DNA of 64,000 bases. It comes from Lama guanicoe. Its lineage: Eukaryota. Positions within the stretch are counted from its first letter, which is position 1. Every line of letters starts with the position of its first letter. The position numbers were made by a program, and so were the translations under genes. Of this stretch, positions 10,893 through 23,660 are shown in pieces. The stretch spans positions 12,165,175-12,229,174 of the forward strand of contig MU056000.1 of assembly GCA_013239625.1 (NCBI GenBank). Direction: 5' to 3'. The notes beneath the pieces were generated by a model. That model saw only the letters and a program-made list of their open reading frames with translations. It was not told where the DNA came from and did not search any database.

Positions 10893-11017
10893 AATCCACA
10901 ATCCTCCCGCCCTGAATGTTTCCCTTCTGGCAGATGTTCAGCTGCACGAACTTCCCGAAGCGACTGGAGTTGTTGTTGTACACGGTCTTGGCGTTGCCGA
11001 AGGCTTCCATGATGGGG
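10893..11017 (-). CDS. MYO10: MYO10 exon 6 (125 nt): (S)[41 protein letters not shown](Y); switch I
   Basis: Acceptor tttctttcccag|C, donor GAT T|gtatcctg (U12-like); EAFGNAKT and NSSRFGK motifs. Confidence 0.97.
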
Positions 11018-11444
11018 CTGGGAAAGAAATGAGGACAGCGTGGGTGTTAACTGGGGAGGCTCTAAACTCGGCGGCGACATTCCTCACCCCTGGCAAAATA
11101 CACAACAGCAAGAGAAACTGGAAATCAAAAAGGACCGACGGCGATTATGTTTGTGTGCAGAAGGGCTCGATTTCCCCAGCACTTGCTGAAATGGGTTTAT
11201 AACTCGTGTCCATTTCAAAGGAGATCTCGCGGCATGCTGGGTGGGCTCTGGATGCTAACACTGAGTCAGGGAGACCCCCGTGGGTGGGCCCCGCACAAAG
11301 CAGCTTAAATCCACGAACCAGGGGCTGCCCAGAAAAAAGCCTTCAATCGAATTCCAGGAACTAGAAAAGTCCCAGTCCTGGAAATTTGCCCCATTTGTTG
11401 TGGGAACCCACACAACCTCCCTGGGTCTTCTCCAACTGTAACAC

Positions 11445-11847
11445 GTGGTCAGACATCTTTTTCTGTAAAGGACCAGATAATAAGTATTTTTGGCTTTGCG
11501 GGCCAAGGGGATCTCTGCCACCATAGCTCGAAAGCAGCGGTAAACACTACTCAGATAAATGAGCGGGTCTGTGTTCCTACCAAGTTTTATTTAGAAGAAA
11601 CAGGCTGCAGGAGGAGGATGAGAAAGTTCTAGAGATGCACAGTGGTGACGGCTGCATGACAATGTGAAAGCACTTAATGCCACGAAGCTAGACACTGAAA
11701 AACGTTTGAAGTCACACATTTCACATCATGTGTCTTCTACTGTGATTTAAAAAAACAAACTTTGAAGGCAAAACAAAAACAAAGACAAAAACAACCAGAG
11801 TAGCCTGGGATACAGACCTTAGGTGGGAGTCTGCTGACTCCTGGACT
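11445..11847. mobile_element. MER58A-like hAT MITE interrupted by an L1MB-like 3' fragment (~11611-11760, +)
   Basis: ttttctgtaaaggaccagataataagtattttt...aagttttattt...aacaggctgcagg, then gatgagaaagttctagagatg...cacttaatgccac, then the MER58-like end gtctgctgactcctgg. Confidence 0.65.
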
Positions 11848-12415
11848 AATTTCTAAATAATAGGGCCTGTAAAGTCCCTCTTGGCTTTAGAAATCTTCTA
11901 AGGCACCCATGATACACCGGGGAAGTCACAGATTTTGATTAGAATTTCAGAGGGTACCTCACCGCGGCCTCTCTCAGAGCTCCGAGGCTCACTGTTGTGG
12001 ATTTATCACTGAACTTCTGTCATGTGAGAGGCTACAAAAATGCCATTCTGTTCACGTGGTGCCTCCAAAGAGCTGACGGCAAAACAGGGCTCGCTCATCC
12101 CCTGCTAAGCCCTCACGCCAGGGGGCTGGAGGCTGAAACTCGGGCTGGTAACGAGGCCTCCATACAGCTAGTTAAGGGCTGGCCCGGAGGAGGTGACCAC
12201 AGAATGCTCCTCAGCCACTCCGTCACCACTCAAACCTGGCCCGTGCAAGGACAAACCGCTCTGTGCACGTGGCGACTTTTCCCTGAGGCATCGTGAAAGC
12301 GAGGTTAAGAAAAAGAGGAGAGGGAGCCCTGAGTTTTAACTCCTCCTTAAATAAGAAGCTCAGTGAAGAAAGTGAATCCTATTAGTCAGAAACAAGCAAC
12401 CCGACGGAGAAATAC

Positions 12416-12550
12416 CTGCTTTCAAGAATAGCCTGTTCCACGCAGGACGTCTTCTCCTTCGAGGACAAGTCCAGAGACTGCTGACTGATGGCCGATAAAA
12501 ACTTAAGGATCAATTTAGTGCTTTCGGTTTTCCCAGCCCCGCTTTCACCA
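12416..12550 (-). CDS. MYO10: MYO10 exon 5 (135 nt): (S)GESGAGKTESTKLILKFLSAISQQSLDLSSKEKTSCVEQAILES(S); P-loop
   Basis: Acceptor ttttgtctttcag|T, donor AG|gtattt; P-loop GESGAGKT. Confidence 0.98.
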
Positions 12551-14604
12551 CTGAAAGACAAAATGCAGAAGTTTGTGCTCCTAAGTAAAAAAAGAAGAAA
12601 AAAAGCCAGCCTGCCCAGCGTCACTACAATTGGTCCACAGATCAACTCTTGAACAGCAAGAAAGAGATCAAAGCTCTGAGTCACAGGGAAGGAAGAGCGC
12701 CTCCTCTGGTCGGCCGTACGGCCTCTTTCAGCATCCAAGGGAAACAGAGGCACCACCTTTTCTAAGCTCAGGCAATAAGACAGACGGTGCCCTCCGTGGG
12801 AGGTCAGCTCTGCAGGGGCTGGGACTGGTTTTGTTCACTAATGCTTCCCAGTGCTGACGGCAGGCACTAAGTATTTGCTAAATGAGTGAGTTATCTTTCT
12901 GGTAAATATGTATTAAAAATGCAACTATTCATAAATGTTGAGAGGACGAGGGAATGGATATGCTGGTACCTGACTCACACTTGGGCATTTTATTCCCGTA
13001 TGAATCCCACGAGGGAGGCAGCAGCTAAGTGTCTGAGTCAGAGCTGAACACCAGGTCTGTCTGCATCCACGGTCCTGCAAAGACCCCGCTGCAGGGATGA
13101 TTAAGGAAAAGTGAGCAGAGCAACCTGGGGGCAGGGTCCGTGGGGTGGGGTGGTGAGAGAAGTTAGTAAGGTCTGAGTTGTCATAAAGGACCAGCAAACC
13201 CAGCCAGGTAAAGGGGAAAGTGAAAGGATTCGGGGTAAGATGACCACGTGAACGAAGGCACAGAGGCCAGTGATCTCGGGAAGGTCTCCACGGGCTGGGA
13301 TTCTGGTGAGGTCAGCTAGACTGAGATCAGAGGCAGCGGAGAAAGGGAAAAAGGACTGAATCTGATGGTTCCGAGGCAACCATGGGAGACAGAAGGTGAA
13401 GACCGAGCCCATCCAGGTCACCTGTGAGGGACCCAGCTCTGAGGTCACGCTCCCAAAGGACTGGGGTGGGGGGGGGGTCCCTCAGGGAGACCAGCTGCTG
13501 CTGTAATCTAGGTGAGTGGCAGTCTGGTCCTGCACAAGCACAGTCCTGCTGGGGATGGAAGGGGAGGTTTGGAGATGACAGATTCGGAAGGAGAAACCCA
13601 GTCAGTTTTGGGTAAGGCACCCTGTTCAGCACCACCGGGTGAAAAGAAGTAGTAAGGAGGCAGAGGACTTAGGAGAACGGCGACCAACAGCGTAAGGAGC
13701 AGCACAGCCAACCGGAGGGCAGCAGGTCCCTCATCGCTCAAGGTGGGGAAGAAACAGATGTGGTTCCCACAGGTGCTAAAGACGCAGTCCCCACTGAGCA
13801 CCAGGATCTGGGAGGCTGTGAAAAGGGAGTTTTGCAGAGAACACAGTGAATGATTAAGCCCGTGTAATAAAGGAGAGGAGATGACTCAGAAATGACAGCA
13901 CTGGTGCCCCGAGGTCCAGGGGACTCTCCACTGATGGAGGCGTTGCGACCTCCCCTGAAGTCAGGACGGCAATCAGCGACAGGGAGCGAATGTGGCCAGT
14001 TGAACAAGAGCAACTGAGCAAAAGAGTGAGCTGTCCATGTTCGGAGGCTGAAACCCCCTCAGGTCCTCTGGGCTCCCTACCTTCCAGGATTGCCATGTGG
14101 GTGTCCCGGGATGGCACACCTGCAGGCGTCCCTTCCCCCTCAAGTATTCAAGTGCCTACTGTGTGTCAGGCTGCCCTAAGAGCTGAGAAAACAGCCATGG
14201 ACAGAATCTGCCCACGACCCAGCAGCAGCAGGAGATACCAGAGTCCCAGACTATGGGTAATGGTGCCAAGCATAAACCTCAGGAGATGGGAGGATTCACA
14301 ATTTAGACAGAGGCCAAGGTTCAGTAAACCTTTCTGGGGATGTGACATTGAGACTGAAATGGAAAGACATGTGCAGGAGTTCATGGGGTAAAAACTGAAG
14401 GGTGGGGACGGTGGGGAGGGTGGGAGGGGTGGAGGTGGGGGAAGGGAGCAGATCCCACAAGAGGAACCTGCCTGGGGCCTTGGAGGAAGGAAGAGTGTGG
14501 CCTGCACAGCGAGTAGGGAAGGGAAGGGGCTGGGGTCCCACTGAGGGGTCCCACTATGGAACTGGTTCTTTTCAAGAGGGGATGGGAGAGGAGCTGGGCT
14601 GAGT

Positions 14605-15065
14605 TTACTCACCAATGGCCAATGATTTCATCAACCGCAAAGTGACCATGTAATGAAGCCTCCACAAAACCCTAAAAGGATGGGGTTCAGAGAGCTTCCA
14701 GGGTGGTGAACACGTGGAGGTGCTGGAGTACAGCCCCTGGGAGGGGCATGGAAGCTTCTGGACCCTTCCCCACACCCTGGCCTGCGCAGCTCTTCCATCT
14801 GGCTGTTTCTGAGTTACATCTTTTTCTAATAGACCAGTGATCCAGTAAGTAATGTATTTCGAGTTCTGTGAGCTGCAAACTAATATAGCAAACTAATCAA
14901 ACCCAAGGACAGGGCTGTTGCAACCTCCAACTAGAGCTGGTTGGTCAGACGCACAGGTGACAACATCTGAAGTGGAGGGGGTGGCAGTCCTACAGGCAGG
15001 ACTGAGCCCTCAACCTGGGGGCCGGACGCTACGCCAGGTAGAGAGTGACAGAATTAACTGCCTGG
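14605..15065 (+). mobile_element. MER21-like LTR, partial
   Basis: ccaatggccaatgattt...taatgaagcctcca...gaacacgtggaggtgctgga...gagttctgtgagctgc...gactgagccctcaacctg...ccaggtagagagtgacagaatt. Confidence 0.8.
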
Positions 15066-15639
15066 TGAACTTGACAATGTGTGCTACGTAACACACAGCG
15101 TATATGTTATAGCGTTACAGTGATACAATAACTAGGTATATACTTCTTTGCTTATCCTGCACCGATCTGTGAAGCCAAAATGAATTTCAGAATTAAATAC
15201 AAACAAAATACACCACCAGTGAAGTCCAAATTAACAAGCCTAACTGAACCCCCCTGGCAATGCTGTTTGAGGCGTCCTCTGCACTGCACATGCCTGTTGC
15301 TTCTCTTTTGAGCCTGGTGGCCTCCTTTCCTTCCATGGGCCGTGTGATGACTCATTTACTCCACCTCATTCCTTTATTCCAGCCACGATAGAACAGTAAC
15401 TCGTACTGCAATTACGACGCTATTTCACCTTCACTTACAGTGAACACATCACTTACATACTCAGTCCTGCGTTTTTCTCATTAGCCCTTGGCAATTACAG
15501 TCCTAACCCTTGGCGCCAACGTGCGACCACAAACATGGGCTTCAGAGAAAACATGTTCACCAAGAAGAACTGTTTAAAAAAAAAAACTTTATAGAGATAA
15601 TAGTAAAAATGAAAAAAGGAAAGAGCACTGATACGGGGC

Positions 15640-16440
15640 CTCGGAGGTTGTATTAAAAGGTTTTGAGAAATTTTGTAGGCAGAATGGGAAAATTACAAGA
15701 CAGCTTTTAAGCAGAATGTCATGATCAAGTTCAGGGTTTCAAAGAACCATGCTGTGCGGAGGAAGGATTGCGGGAGGCAAGAGAAGGAGCAGGGAAGTGA
15801 GGGTAGAAGGGTAGTGAGGGGCGGGGAGCAGAGAGGGGGCAGCAGAGGGGAGCAGGGAGCGGGCCCAAGTCAGCCTGCTGGGGGAGAAAGGGGTAACTGA
15901 CGGCCCTGGTCAGGGTGGTTGGTAAGTGACAGGGGGGCAGGGGAACACCTCCGGCGAGCCTAGGGAGACTGCCAGCTAGTGTGACAATCTGGGTGCTGGC
16001 AACACAGCTGTCCACATGTGGCAATGCTCACTGACCTGTCTACGAGAGATGGGTACCATTCACTGCACGCAGTTTGACCTTAACTGATGGGGGCACGGGT
16101 GACTTCTAGGTCCAGGAATGACTTCCTGATCTCAGGCTTGGGACCCATAGGATGGAGGGTCCACGCGTGGAGAATGAGCAGCATGAGAGGAGGAACACAT
16201 TTCTGCGAGAAAATCAGGATGAGGTGAGGACGTGCCCCCTCCGCCCGAGATGATGCCTCGGGGTGGCACCTGGACACACATCTGGAGTCAGAGGAGAGAG
16301 CGGCAGGGGAGGCGTTGAAGCCTGGGGAGCCACCCAGCTGCAGAGAAGGAAACGCGGCTGGTCAGAAGCTGAGGACGTGGACAATGACGGAGGAGCCCAG
16401 AGAACGGGGAGGAAACCAGAATGACGGAGCAGCTTGGAGG
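15640..16440 (-). mobile_element. Degenerate L2 LINE remnant (other probable L2 pieces near 12820-12890, 14140-14215, 27040-27990, 43150-43510, 51350-51455)
   Basis: ttttaagcagaatgtcatgatca...ggaggcaagagaaggagcaggga...aggaatgacttcctgat...tggagtcagaggagag; highly diverged. Confidence 0.5.
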
Positions 16441-16717
16441 AGCACGGGGCAGTGCATGGGGAAGGGGGTGTGTGTGCAGCTAAAGAGACATCTGTTTTTT
16501 TCTTTTTTTCAAAGCTGGAACACACTAGAAACTTTTGAATGATAATGCCAATGGGCCAAAAGAAAAGAAGAGGTCAAAGAATCAGGGGCAGGGATTGGAG
16601 GGTGGCTCCAAGACGGAGCAAAGTCCCAAGAAAGCAGGGTGGGGATCTAAACCCACCGGAAGGAAAAGGCCTCTAATGCGGACAGGGCCCCTTATCCACC
16701 CATGAGCTAGTCTCCCC

Positions 16718-16930
16718 TCCAGTGGGAATCTGCCCTCCTGCCTGTTTCTGTGAAAGTTTTACTGGAGCACAGCCTGGCCGTTCATTTGCATTCTGTCTAT
16801 GGTGCATCCGCATTCCAAGGGCAGATTTGAGTAGTTGTAACAGATGATCTCGAGCAGGGAGCCTAAAATAGCCCGTGGCAATGTCAGGATCCCTCCCTGG
16901 CCCCTTACAGATACCTTTGCTAACATCTGC
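16718..16930. mobile_element. MER58A-like hAT MITE
   Basis: gcctgtttctgtgaaagttttactggagcacagcc...gagtagttgtaacaga...gcctaaaata...ctggccccttacaga. Confidence 0.7.
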
Positions 16931-18412
16931 GGAACATTCTCCACCCTGTGAGTCAAATCCCCCTGATTCACATTATTTTCTCAAAACAGACCCTGATCAC
17001 TCCATCACTTGCTGGAAGACTTAAGAAACATCCTCACCACCTAGAGGATTCAGTCCGAAGGTCACAGCAAGCAGGACAAAGCCCTTGAGGTGCAACCCTG
17101 CCCCAGGAAGTAGGATTCTGCTCTGAAACTAACATGGGGAGACAGAAGTTCAAGTCCTGTGTCTGTGACCCACAGCTCACAGCTCCTTGGCAAGTCACTT
17201 AACTGCACCGAGCCTCAGCTTCCCCACCGGAAGCGCTTCTGGTCTTTCTCAGCGGGCGGCGGTTCCTTCCTTTGCCTTTCCAAGCCCAGTTCCTCCAGGC
17301 CCTCAGCACATGCCACACCTCACAGGCGTACCTTCCCTTTCCTAAGGGTCCTCGTCTTCCCACACGTCAGTTTTTGCAAATGCTTCTGTGCCCCCCTCCT
17401 CTCCATGCCGCCCACATCCCCATGTTTCCTTGGATTCACGGTCACATGTCACCTGATCTGTGATGTATTCTCTGGATTCCTTCTTGGGTATCTACCACCA
17501 CCTTCTCTGAGCAACACCTTTCTTTTATAGCATTAGGCAAACTGTACTGAATTTACTTATTTATATCAGTTTCTTCCCATCATAGTAGAAGCTCCTGAAA
17601 GGCAATGACTGAGTCATTTAAAAAAAAAAAAAATCCCAAAAGCCTAGCAGTGTAACCTGCTCTATGACGTGAGTGTGAGGCACGCCCCACACCTTATTCT
17701 GGTTGGCGCCTTTCTAATCCAGGATGTGAGTTTGGGTCACATTCAATCACAGAATACTAGAAATAGAAAAAGATCAAACAACCAATAATTATTCCAGAAT
17801 GTAAAAGACATAGTTAAAAGGAAATCACTCCAGCTTTAGAAAATCAAAACTTTTGCAAAGCAAGCAAAGGTCCTAAATTCAACAGCTCCTCCATCCATCC
17901 ATCCTTTGATTGACAGCTGTTGGATGCTGTCCCCTCTATGAGACACTGTCCTGGGCAAAGAGCTGCATAGATGAATTAGCCACAAGCCTTGCCTTCACTA
18001 TACATCTTAAAAGATCACAATATACTGAAAAGACCATAACAGACTAAACATAATAGACTAAACTGCCTGCCCCAAACTGAAGCTAACTTGAATGTACTGG
18101 ATCCACCAAGATCAAATGCTGACCTTGTCATTTAGATGAAAGAAAATTCCAAGTAAGCTTTAAACATACATTTATATTTTATAAATTATAAAAACATAAG
18201 CATTCATTTAAATGTGCACAAGAGGGTAAAATAAAACTAGACCTTAAGAGAGATAAACTCTTGAAAGCAAGACCAATAGAAAAGGCTTAGATTGGAATCC
18301 TAGGGACTAGCAGTGTCATAGTGAAAGAAAAGTTGATCTATGAGGTCCCTGCCTTCTAAATAGGCTTAGTGTCTGAAATTAGCACAGAAGTTTTATAAGT
18401 AGTAACACGTTG

Positions 18413-18431
18413 TAGCCACTAGGGGGCGGAT
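18413..18431 (+). promoter_or_regulatory. Candidate CTCF site TAGCCACTAGGGGGCGGAT
   Basis: Close match to the core TGGCCACCAGGGGGCGCTA, in AT-rich non-repeat intron 4. Motif only. Confidence 0.65.
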
Positions 18432-20974
18432 CATGCCTGAGGAAACCTAACTAGGGCCACTGTATCCTACAATTTTTATTTTTATACTCAACTTTCTCTT
18501 TAATTCCTACAGTCCCAAGCCCCACTTAAAAAAAAAAAAACCAAAACACATTCTAATGAGGAAACCTATTTCTTAAAGACACCGTTTCCTGAGTTAATTT
18601 AGATAAATACAGTTACTCTTTTCACATCAGCATTAGACAATGAGAGCTTTCTGTCTAGGGGCCCCTCCCTCTCCTCTCCCTCTCCAACTTCCCCCACCTT
18701 ATTTTTAAATACCAGTCTTCGGCAGGAAAATGCCAAACCCTTTCCATTTTATTACACACACGTATACATGTACAATGATCTCATTTAATTTTTTACTTTC
18801 TTCCTAAACTGCTGTCTAGCAGGTGATATATGAGCCAGGCTCTCATTTTTTCCACTGAAAGTAATAAACACAAGCAATTATCGACAGCAAACGTCTAGGT
18901 ACCTAAGGGTGGAAACGAATTTGATCTTCTTAAACTAGACAGATTAAGTTCTTGTTCTTTCTGTTAATCCTATTAAATTATATTCTGCAGGCTGAAAGAG
19001 GGATCTTAAGTTCTAGCTCATGAACTTTGGTGAAGTCATCAAAAAAAGCCCACAAATAGTGCCTCCAGTCATCAGGCAGGTTATTGGAGTGGGACTCTTA
19101 AAAGCTCTGTTTTCATACTAAGCAATAGTTTCATTTTGATTAACTGCAAGTTATAATGATTCATATTCATTTAAATGGATGAACTGACAGCCCCTCTACC
19201 CAAGCTGTTTCCACAGCCTGGTGCATTAGTGTCGAGGTAAAGACGAGGAGGGACTGTATCTGCCCAGGTGCTTCCCTTCCCTTAAAGAAAGTGGCAGGTG
19301 GGGGCAGGAGAGAAAATACAACTGAAGGAGAAACATACAGGTCTGTCCTCCACATTCAGGTAATTCTGATTTATTACAAACGAAGGACCCATGAACCAAA
19401 GCCATGGGTAAAAACTACCACCAAGAAGAACACAGTCCCTGAAAGTAGTTCTCTGTGCGCAGCACCGGGAGGTGTCATTCCAGGGCACTCACACCGAAGG
19501 GCTGCTGGAAGGGTTCACTGATGCCTGAAAAGTTCTTGGCACGGAGTCCTATACCTTCCAAGAATGTTAGCCATTATTTCTTTCCTATCTTCAATCAGAC
19601 TCCACGTGGGACAGTATGAGCACCTCCCAAATGTTCCCCTTTCCCTTCCCTGGAGTTTCAGGAGGGGCCTCCTCTGGCATGTCTGCCCCCTACCCAACCT
19701 CTCCCTCCTCCAAGGAGTGGAGTGGTTTCTCTGGCAGGTGAACTCCAGGCAAGGGCTGGTCAGCTCCTCACCAACTGGGAATTGGCTTGGACAGTGATTG
19801 CGGCCACCAGGTACCTGCCTGTCCCCCCAGCCAGGTGGGTCAGTCTGTCTGTAACTTGGGGTGCAAAGTTAGCAAGACTGATTGGCTAGAAGTCTTGTGT
19901 CCAACCAAGGGGTGGGGGGGGGTCTTATTTGTCATCCTCCACAAATCCAAACACCCCTTCGCTTTCTTTTTGAGATAATAATTATCTTGCCACAAGTTGG
20001 GACGAGAAAGCCATCTAAAGCAGATGTCAAAATCTTCTTTCCCACAAGCAGTTTAGTAACACTGTGGGGTCTCAGGAACAGCCATACTCTGGGCGTGACT
20101 ACCTGGGAGGACAAATGAATGAAGGGCTTGGATGCTCCATGGAAACCTCGCTGAAAGTGACACTCAGCACATCTGCTTTGGGTCTCATCCGGGGGTGTTC
20201 TGATCATCGCTAGAACATGATTCCAATTTAAACAATAAGATCCAATAGGACTATCACTAGAATGCAGGAGATAAGACCAATTTGAATTGCTCAATAAAAA
20301 TATTTTTAAAGTACAGCACTGGGTTTTTTAGGTAGCACTTAGGAATAAATATTTAGATAGTGAGGTTTCTGGTAGTGTATTTTTTTCATTGAGGTATTGT
20401 CTGGTAGTGTATTTTAATAAGTAAGTTAAAATTTGGCTTAAATAGGTGTCAAGATCCCCGTTCCCCACCCCTACCGCCAAAAGTAATTGAAATAAGCATG
20501 CCTTCCTATCATTCCCTCAGCATATGCAGAGTAAGCCCCTCTTCTGGGGCTAATTCAGAGGTAAACTTTAGGAACATCCAATTAAAATCATTAAAAAATC
20601 CTTAAATTTGGGAGATTCTAGGGTACTCTTATACTACCAAAAACCAAAATCGTGCTCAAATACACAAGCATTCTGACCAGCAGTTCGGACTACAGAAAAC
20701 ATTTTAAATTTGAAAGAACTACACAGTATTTCTGAAAATCAAGAGAAGGACCACGCCTCACAATTGGAATTAAACCAAAGAACCACTAAGGTAGAGAAAA
20801 TAAACAAACTGGAGTAATTATTCCGAGGACAAGAGCCAACAAACGTGGCACATCTTGCTTCCTACTGTGTTCCTCGCGTCTTTCGGAAGTTGCAGTTATC
20901 AGGCTGTTCAGGACAGAAACCGCCCGTGGAGGAATTTTGGTTCATGCACTAATAATGAGCAGGCTCTGTGTCTG

Positions 20975-21430
20975 GGGGGCCGGGCCGGCCGAGGAAGCTG
21001 GTGGCAGAGATGCCAGCAGGTGTGGTTCTGAAGGGAAGGGCCCGCCTGCCGCCCGCCCCACCCCCTGCCCCGCCCCGCGCCCCGCCCCACCGGGCGGTTA
21101 CCTGATGAGGACGCATTGGTTGTCGTGGCGCCGCCACAGGCAGCGGTAGCACTCGTTGGCGATGGCGAAGACGTGGGGGGGCAGCTCCCCCAGGCGGCAC
21201 CTGCTGTAGCGCTCCATGGCGTCCCGCCCGTACAGGCCGGGGATGGTCCTGTAGGGGTTCACGGCGGCGATGATGGAGCCAATGTAGGTCTGCAAGCACA
21301 CGGGGCCGCGTTACACGTGGTCCTGGGGCGGGGCCCTGCGCACCGGTGCTCACCCCCACCCACGCGCGGGCGGAGACAGAAGGGTCTGGAAGCAGCTCAG
21401 TGTGGCTCCACATCGGGAGGGAAGGCGCTG
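20975..21430. promoter_or_regulatory. Small intragenic CpG-island-like region over exon 4 with multiple GC boxes
   Basis: Dense CpG, several GGGGCGGGG boxes (21051-21088 minus, 21325-21334 plus), sharp contrast with AT-rich 20280-20820. Confidence 0.6.
21102..21289 (-). CDS. MYO10: MYO10 exon 4 (188 nt): TYIGSIIAAVNPYRTIPGLYGRDAMERYSRCRLGELPPHVFAIANECYRCLWRRHDNQCVLI(S)
   Basis: Acceptor gtgcttgcag|ACC, donor AG|gtaacc; myosin motifs VNPY and PPH(V)FAIA. Confidence 0.97.
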
Positions 21431-21664
21431 CCACATCCCCAGGAGCCACTGTCTAAGCTCGAGCAGAACCCCCTGAATGTGCAGTGAGGGGGCAGGAGAC
21501 TCCACCCCCGACTCACATTTTTCCTTCACCTTTTGGTAGAAATCGTGTGCCAAGGAACTAGGCCATTTCAAAGAGGGCTGCAGGGAAGGGTAAACAAGAC
21601 AAGAAGACGGTGAAGCAGCTCAGGCCCGCATCCCTGCTCCCTGGTGACATCCTGACCCCCCTCC

Positions 21665-21918
21665 ATCAGGCGGCTACCAGGAGGCGGCAGGATTACAGAA
21701 GTAAGAGAAATGAGGTGGGGGCCGGGGTTGGGAGGGGGAGCTACTGCTTCATGGGTACAGCGTTTCTGTTTGGGATGGTGAGAAAGTTCCACACGTAGGT
21801 GGTGGAAATGGTTGCACGACTCTGCAAACATATTTAGTGCACCAGAACTGTACGCTTATTAAAAAGAGTCAAAATGGTAAATTCTATGTCATGTCTCTTT
21901 AACCACAATTTTTGAAAA
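21665..21918 (+). mobile_element. L1MB-like 3' end fragment
   Basis: atgggtacagcgtttctgtttgggatggtgagaaagttc...ggttgcacgactctg...aaaatggtaaattctatg...taaccacaatt. Confidence 0.75.
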
Positions 21919-22299
21919 GGAACAAGACCATTTTGAAAACATTAAGTGCTCTTCCAGTGTCTCAAATACTTCATCAAGCATCATGTAGTTTACCTGGAAA
22001 ACAGCTGATGGGCGATCTTACCTTTTCTGGAACCAAATCCAGGCCAGAAATTAAGCACAATCTTCAGAGCAGCAAAAAAGAGGCTATTGAGTTATTAAAA
22101 CCAAGAGTCCTGCCTCGTGCCTCCTCTGTATGGACAGAAACTATTCCCTGGCCCCTCTGCAAGAAAGGCTAACAGGTTGGTTTCCAGGCCCAGACACAAG
22201 TGCAGCAGCCGATGAGAAGGGGAGCAGGAGGGTCCTGCAGGCACCACCACCCACCCGCGAGCCTCCATGCCGTGTGCCCTGGGCCGCCGGCTTCAGGGA

Positions 22300-22700
22300 G
22301 CCCTGGGCTGATTGTGTCCCCTCCCCCAACTCACACTCTGAAGCCCTAACCCCCAGTACCTCTGAACGCTACTCTATTTGTAGACAGGGCCTTTAAAGAG
22401 ATGATTAAATTAAAAAGAGGCCATTAGGGTGGGCCCTCATCCTGTCTGACTCGTGTCCTTGTAAGAAGAGAGAATTTGGCTACACAAAGAAACACCGGGG
22501 ACATGTGTGCACAGAAACACCACATGAGGACACTGCAAAAAGGTGGCTGTCTGCAAGCCAAGGAGAGAGCCCTTGAGAGAAACCAACCCTGCTGACACTT
22601 TGATCTCAGACTTCAAGCCCCCAGAACTCTGAGAAAACAAACATCCGTTGTTTCAGCCAGCCAGTGGTCTTTTGTCACAGTGGCCGAGCAGACTAATACT
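22300..22700 (+). mobile_element. MLT1A/B-like MaLR solo LTR
   Basis: gggctgattgtgtcccc...gaagccctaacccccagtacct...agggtgggccct...gcaagccaaggagagag...aaccctgctgacactttgatctcagacttc...gcagactaata. Confidence 0.85.
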
Positions 22701-22724
22701 CAGGGCTTGACCCTTTCAATGCTG

Positions 22725-22872
22725 ACAATAACTCTGGGAGATTCACAGTATTATTACACCTACTTCTCAGATGAGGAAATTGAGGCACAGAGATAAAATC
22801 TTGCATTCAGTCACACAACCAGTAAGTGGAAGAGGTGAGATTTGAACCCAGGCAACTTAATTACAGAGCCTC
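22725..22872 (-). mobile_element. MIR SINE fragment
   Basis: cagatgaggaaattgaggcacagaga...gtcacaca...agtaagtgga...gatttgaacccaggca. Confidence 0.8.
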
Positions 22873-23124
22873 CTCTTCACACTCATTGCCAAGGGACTGC
22901 AACGCAGCAGAGAACAAGGAAAGCGACAAACACTGGACAGGAAGTTCAGTTTCTGAATCATCTTATAGCAATCTGTATCATATTATAGCAATTTGTAATC
23001 ATTTACATTCACAGCGACCACCAGGAACATCAAGCAAAGTATTGCAAAGTATCATGTCCTTTGTAAATGTCTGCCAGTGTAAGGAGGTCTATAATATATT
23101 TTGCAAACATTTTGAACCAAAAAA

Positions 23125-23660
23125 AAGGTTAAAATTATAAAAGAGTTATTTTATACAACAATTCTACACCTAGGTATATACCCCCAAATAATTAAAAATA
23201 GGTACTCCCACAAATACACAGCAGCATCAAAGGTGGAAACAACCCAAATGTCAATCATCAGACAGATGGGTAAACAAGATGTGGTAGAGTCACACAATGG
23301 AATATGATGCAGCCGTGTAAAGGAACAAAGTACTAACACAGGATCCGACATAGATGACTCCTGCAACATGACATTCATTGAAAGAAACCAGATGTACAAG
23401 TTCACTTATTCAGAGCAGGTAAGTCCACAGAGACCAAGACTGGTGGCAGTTGCCACCAGCAGAAGGGAGGGTGGGAGGAGGCAGGAATGGGGGGTGATGG
23501 CTTTGCAGGGGCAGAGTTTCCCCCTGGGTGATCAAAACATTTTGGAACGAGACAGAGGGGCTGCCTGTACATCACTGTGAATGTATTAAATGTCACTGAA
23601 TGTACTTTAAAGTGGTTAATTCTCTGTTACATAAATTTCACTTCAATTTTAAAAAATTAA
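23125..23660 (+). mobile_element. L1MB-like ORF2 tail and 3'UTR
   Basis: caattctacacctaggtatatacccc...ggaaacaacccaaatgtc...acaatggaatat...gaatgtattaaatgtcactgaa...ttcacttcaatt. Confidence 0.8.

Noticed and set aside
15511..15528. tggcgccaacgtg resembling a tRNA-Lys retroviral primer-binding site
   Set aside because: Partial match, about 450 nt from the nearest LTR end, with no gag-like sequence after it.
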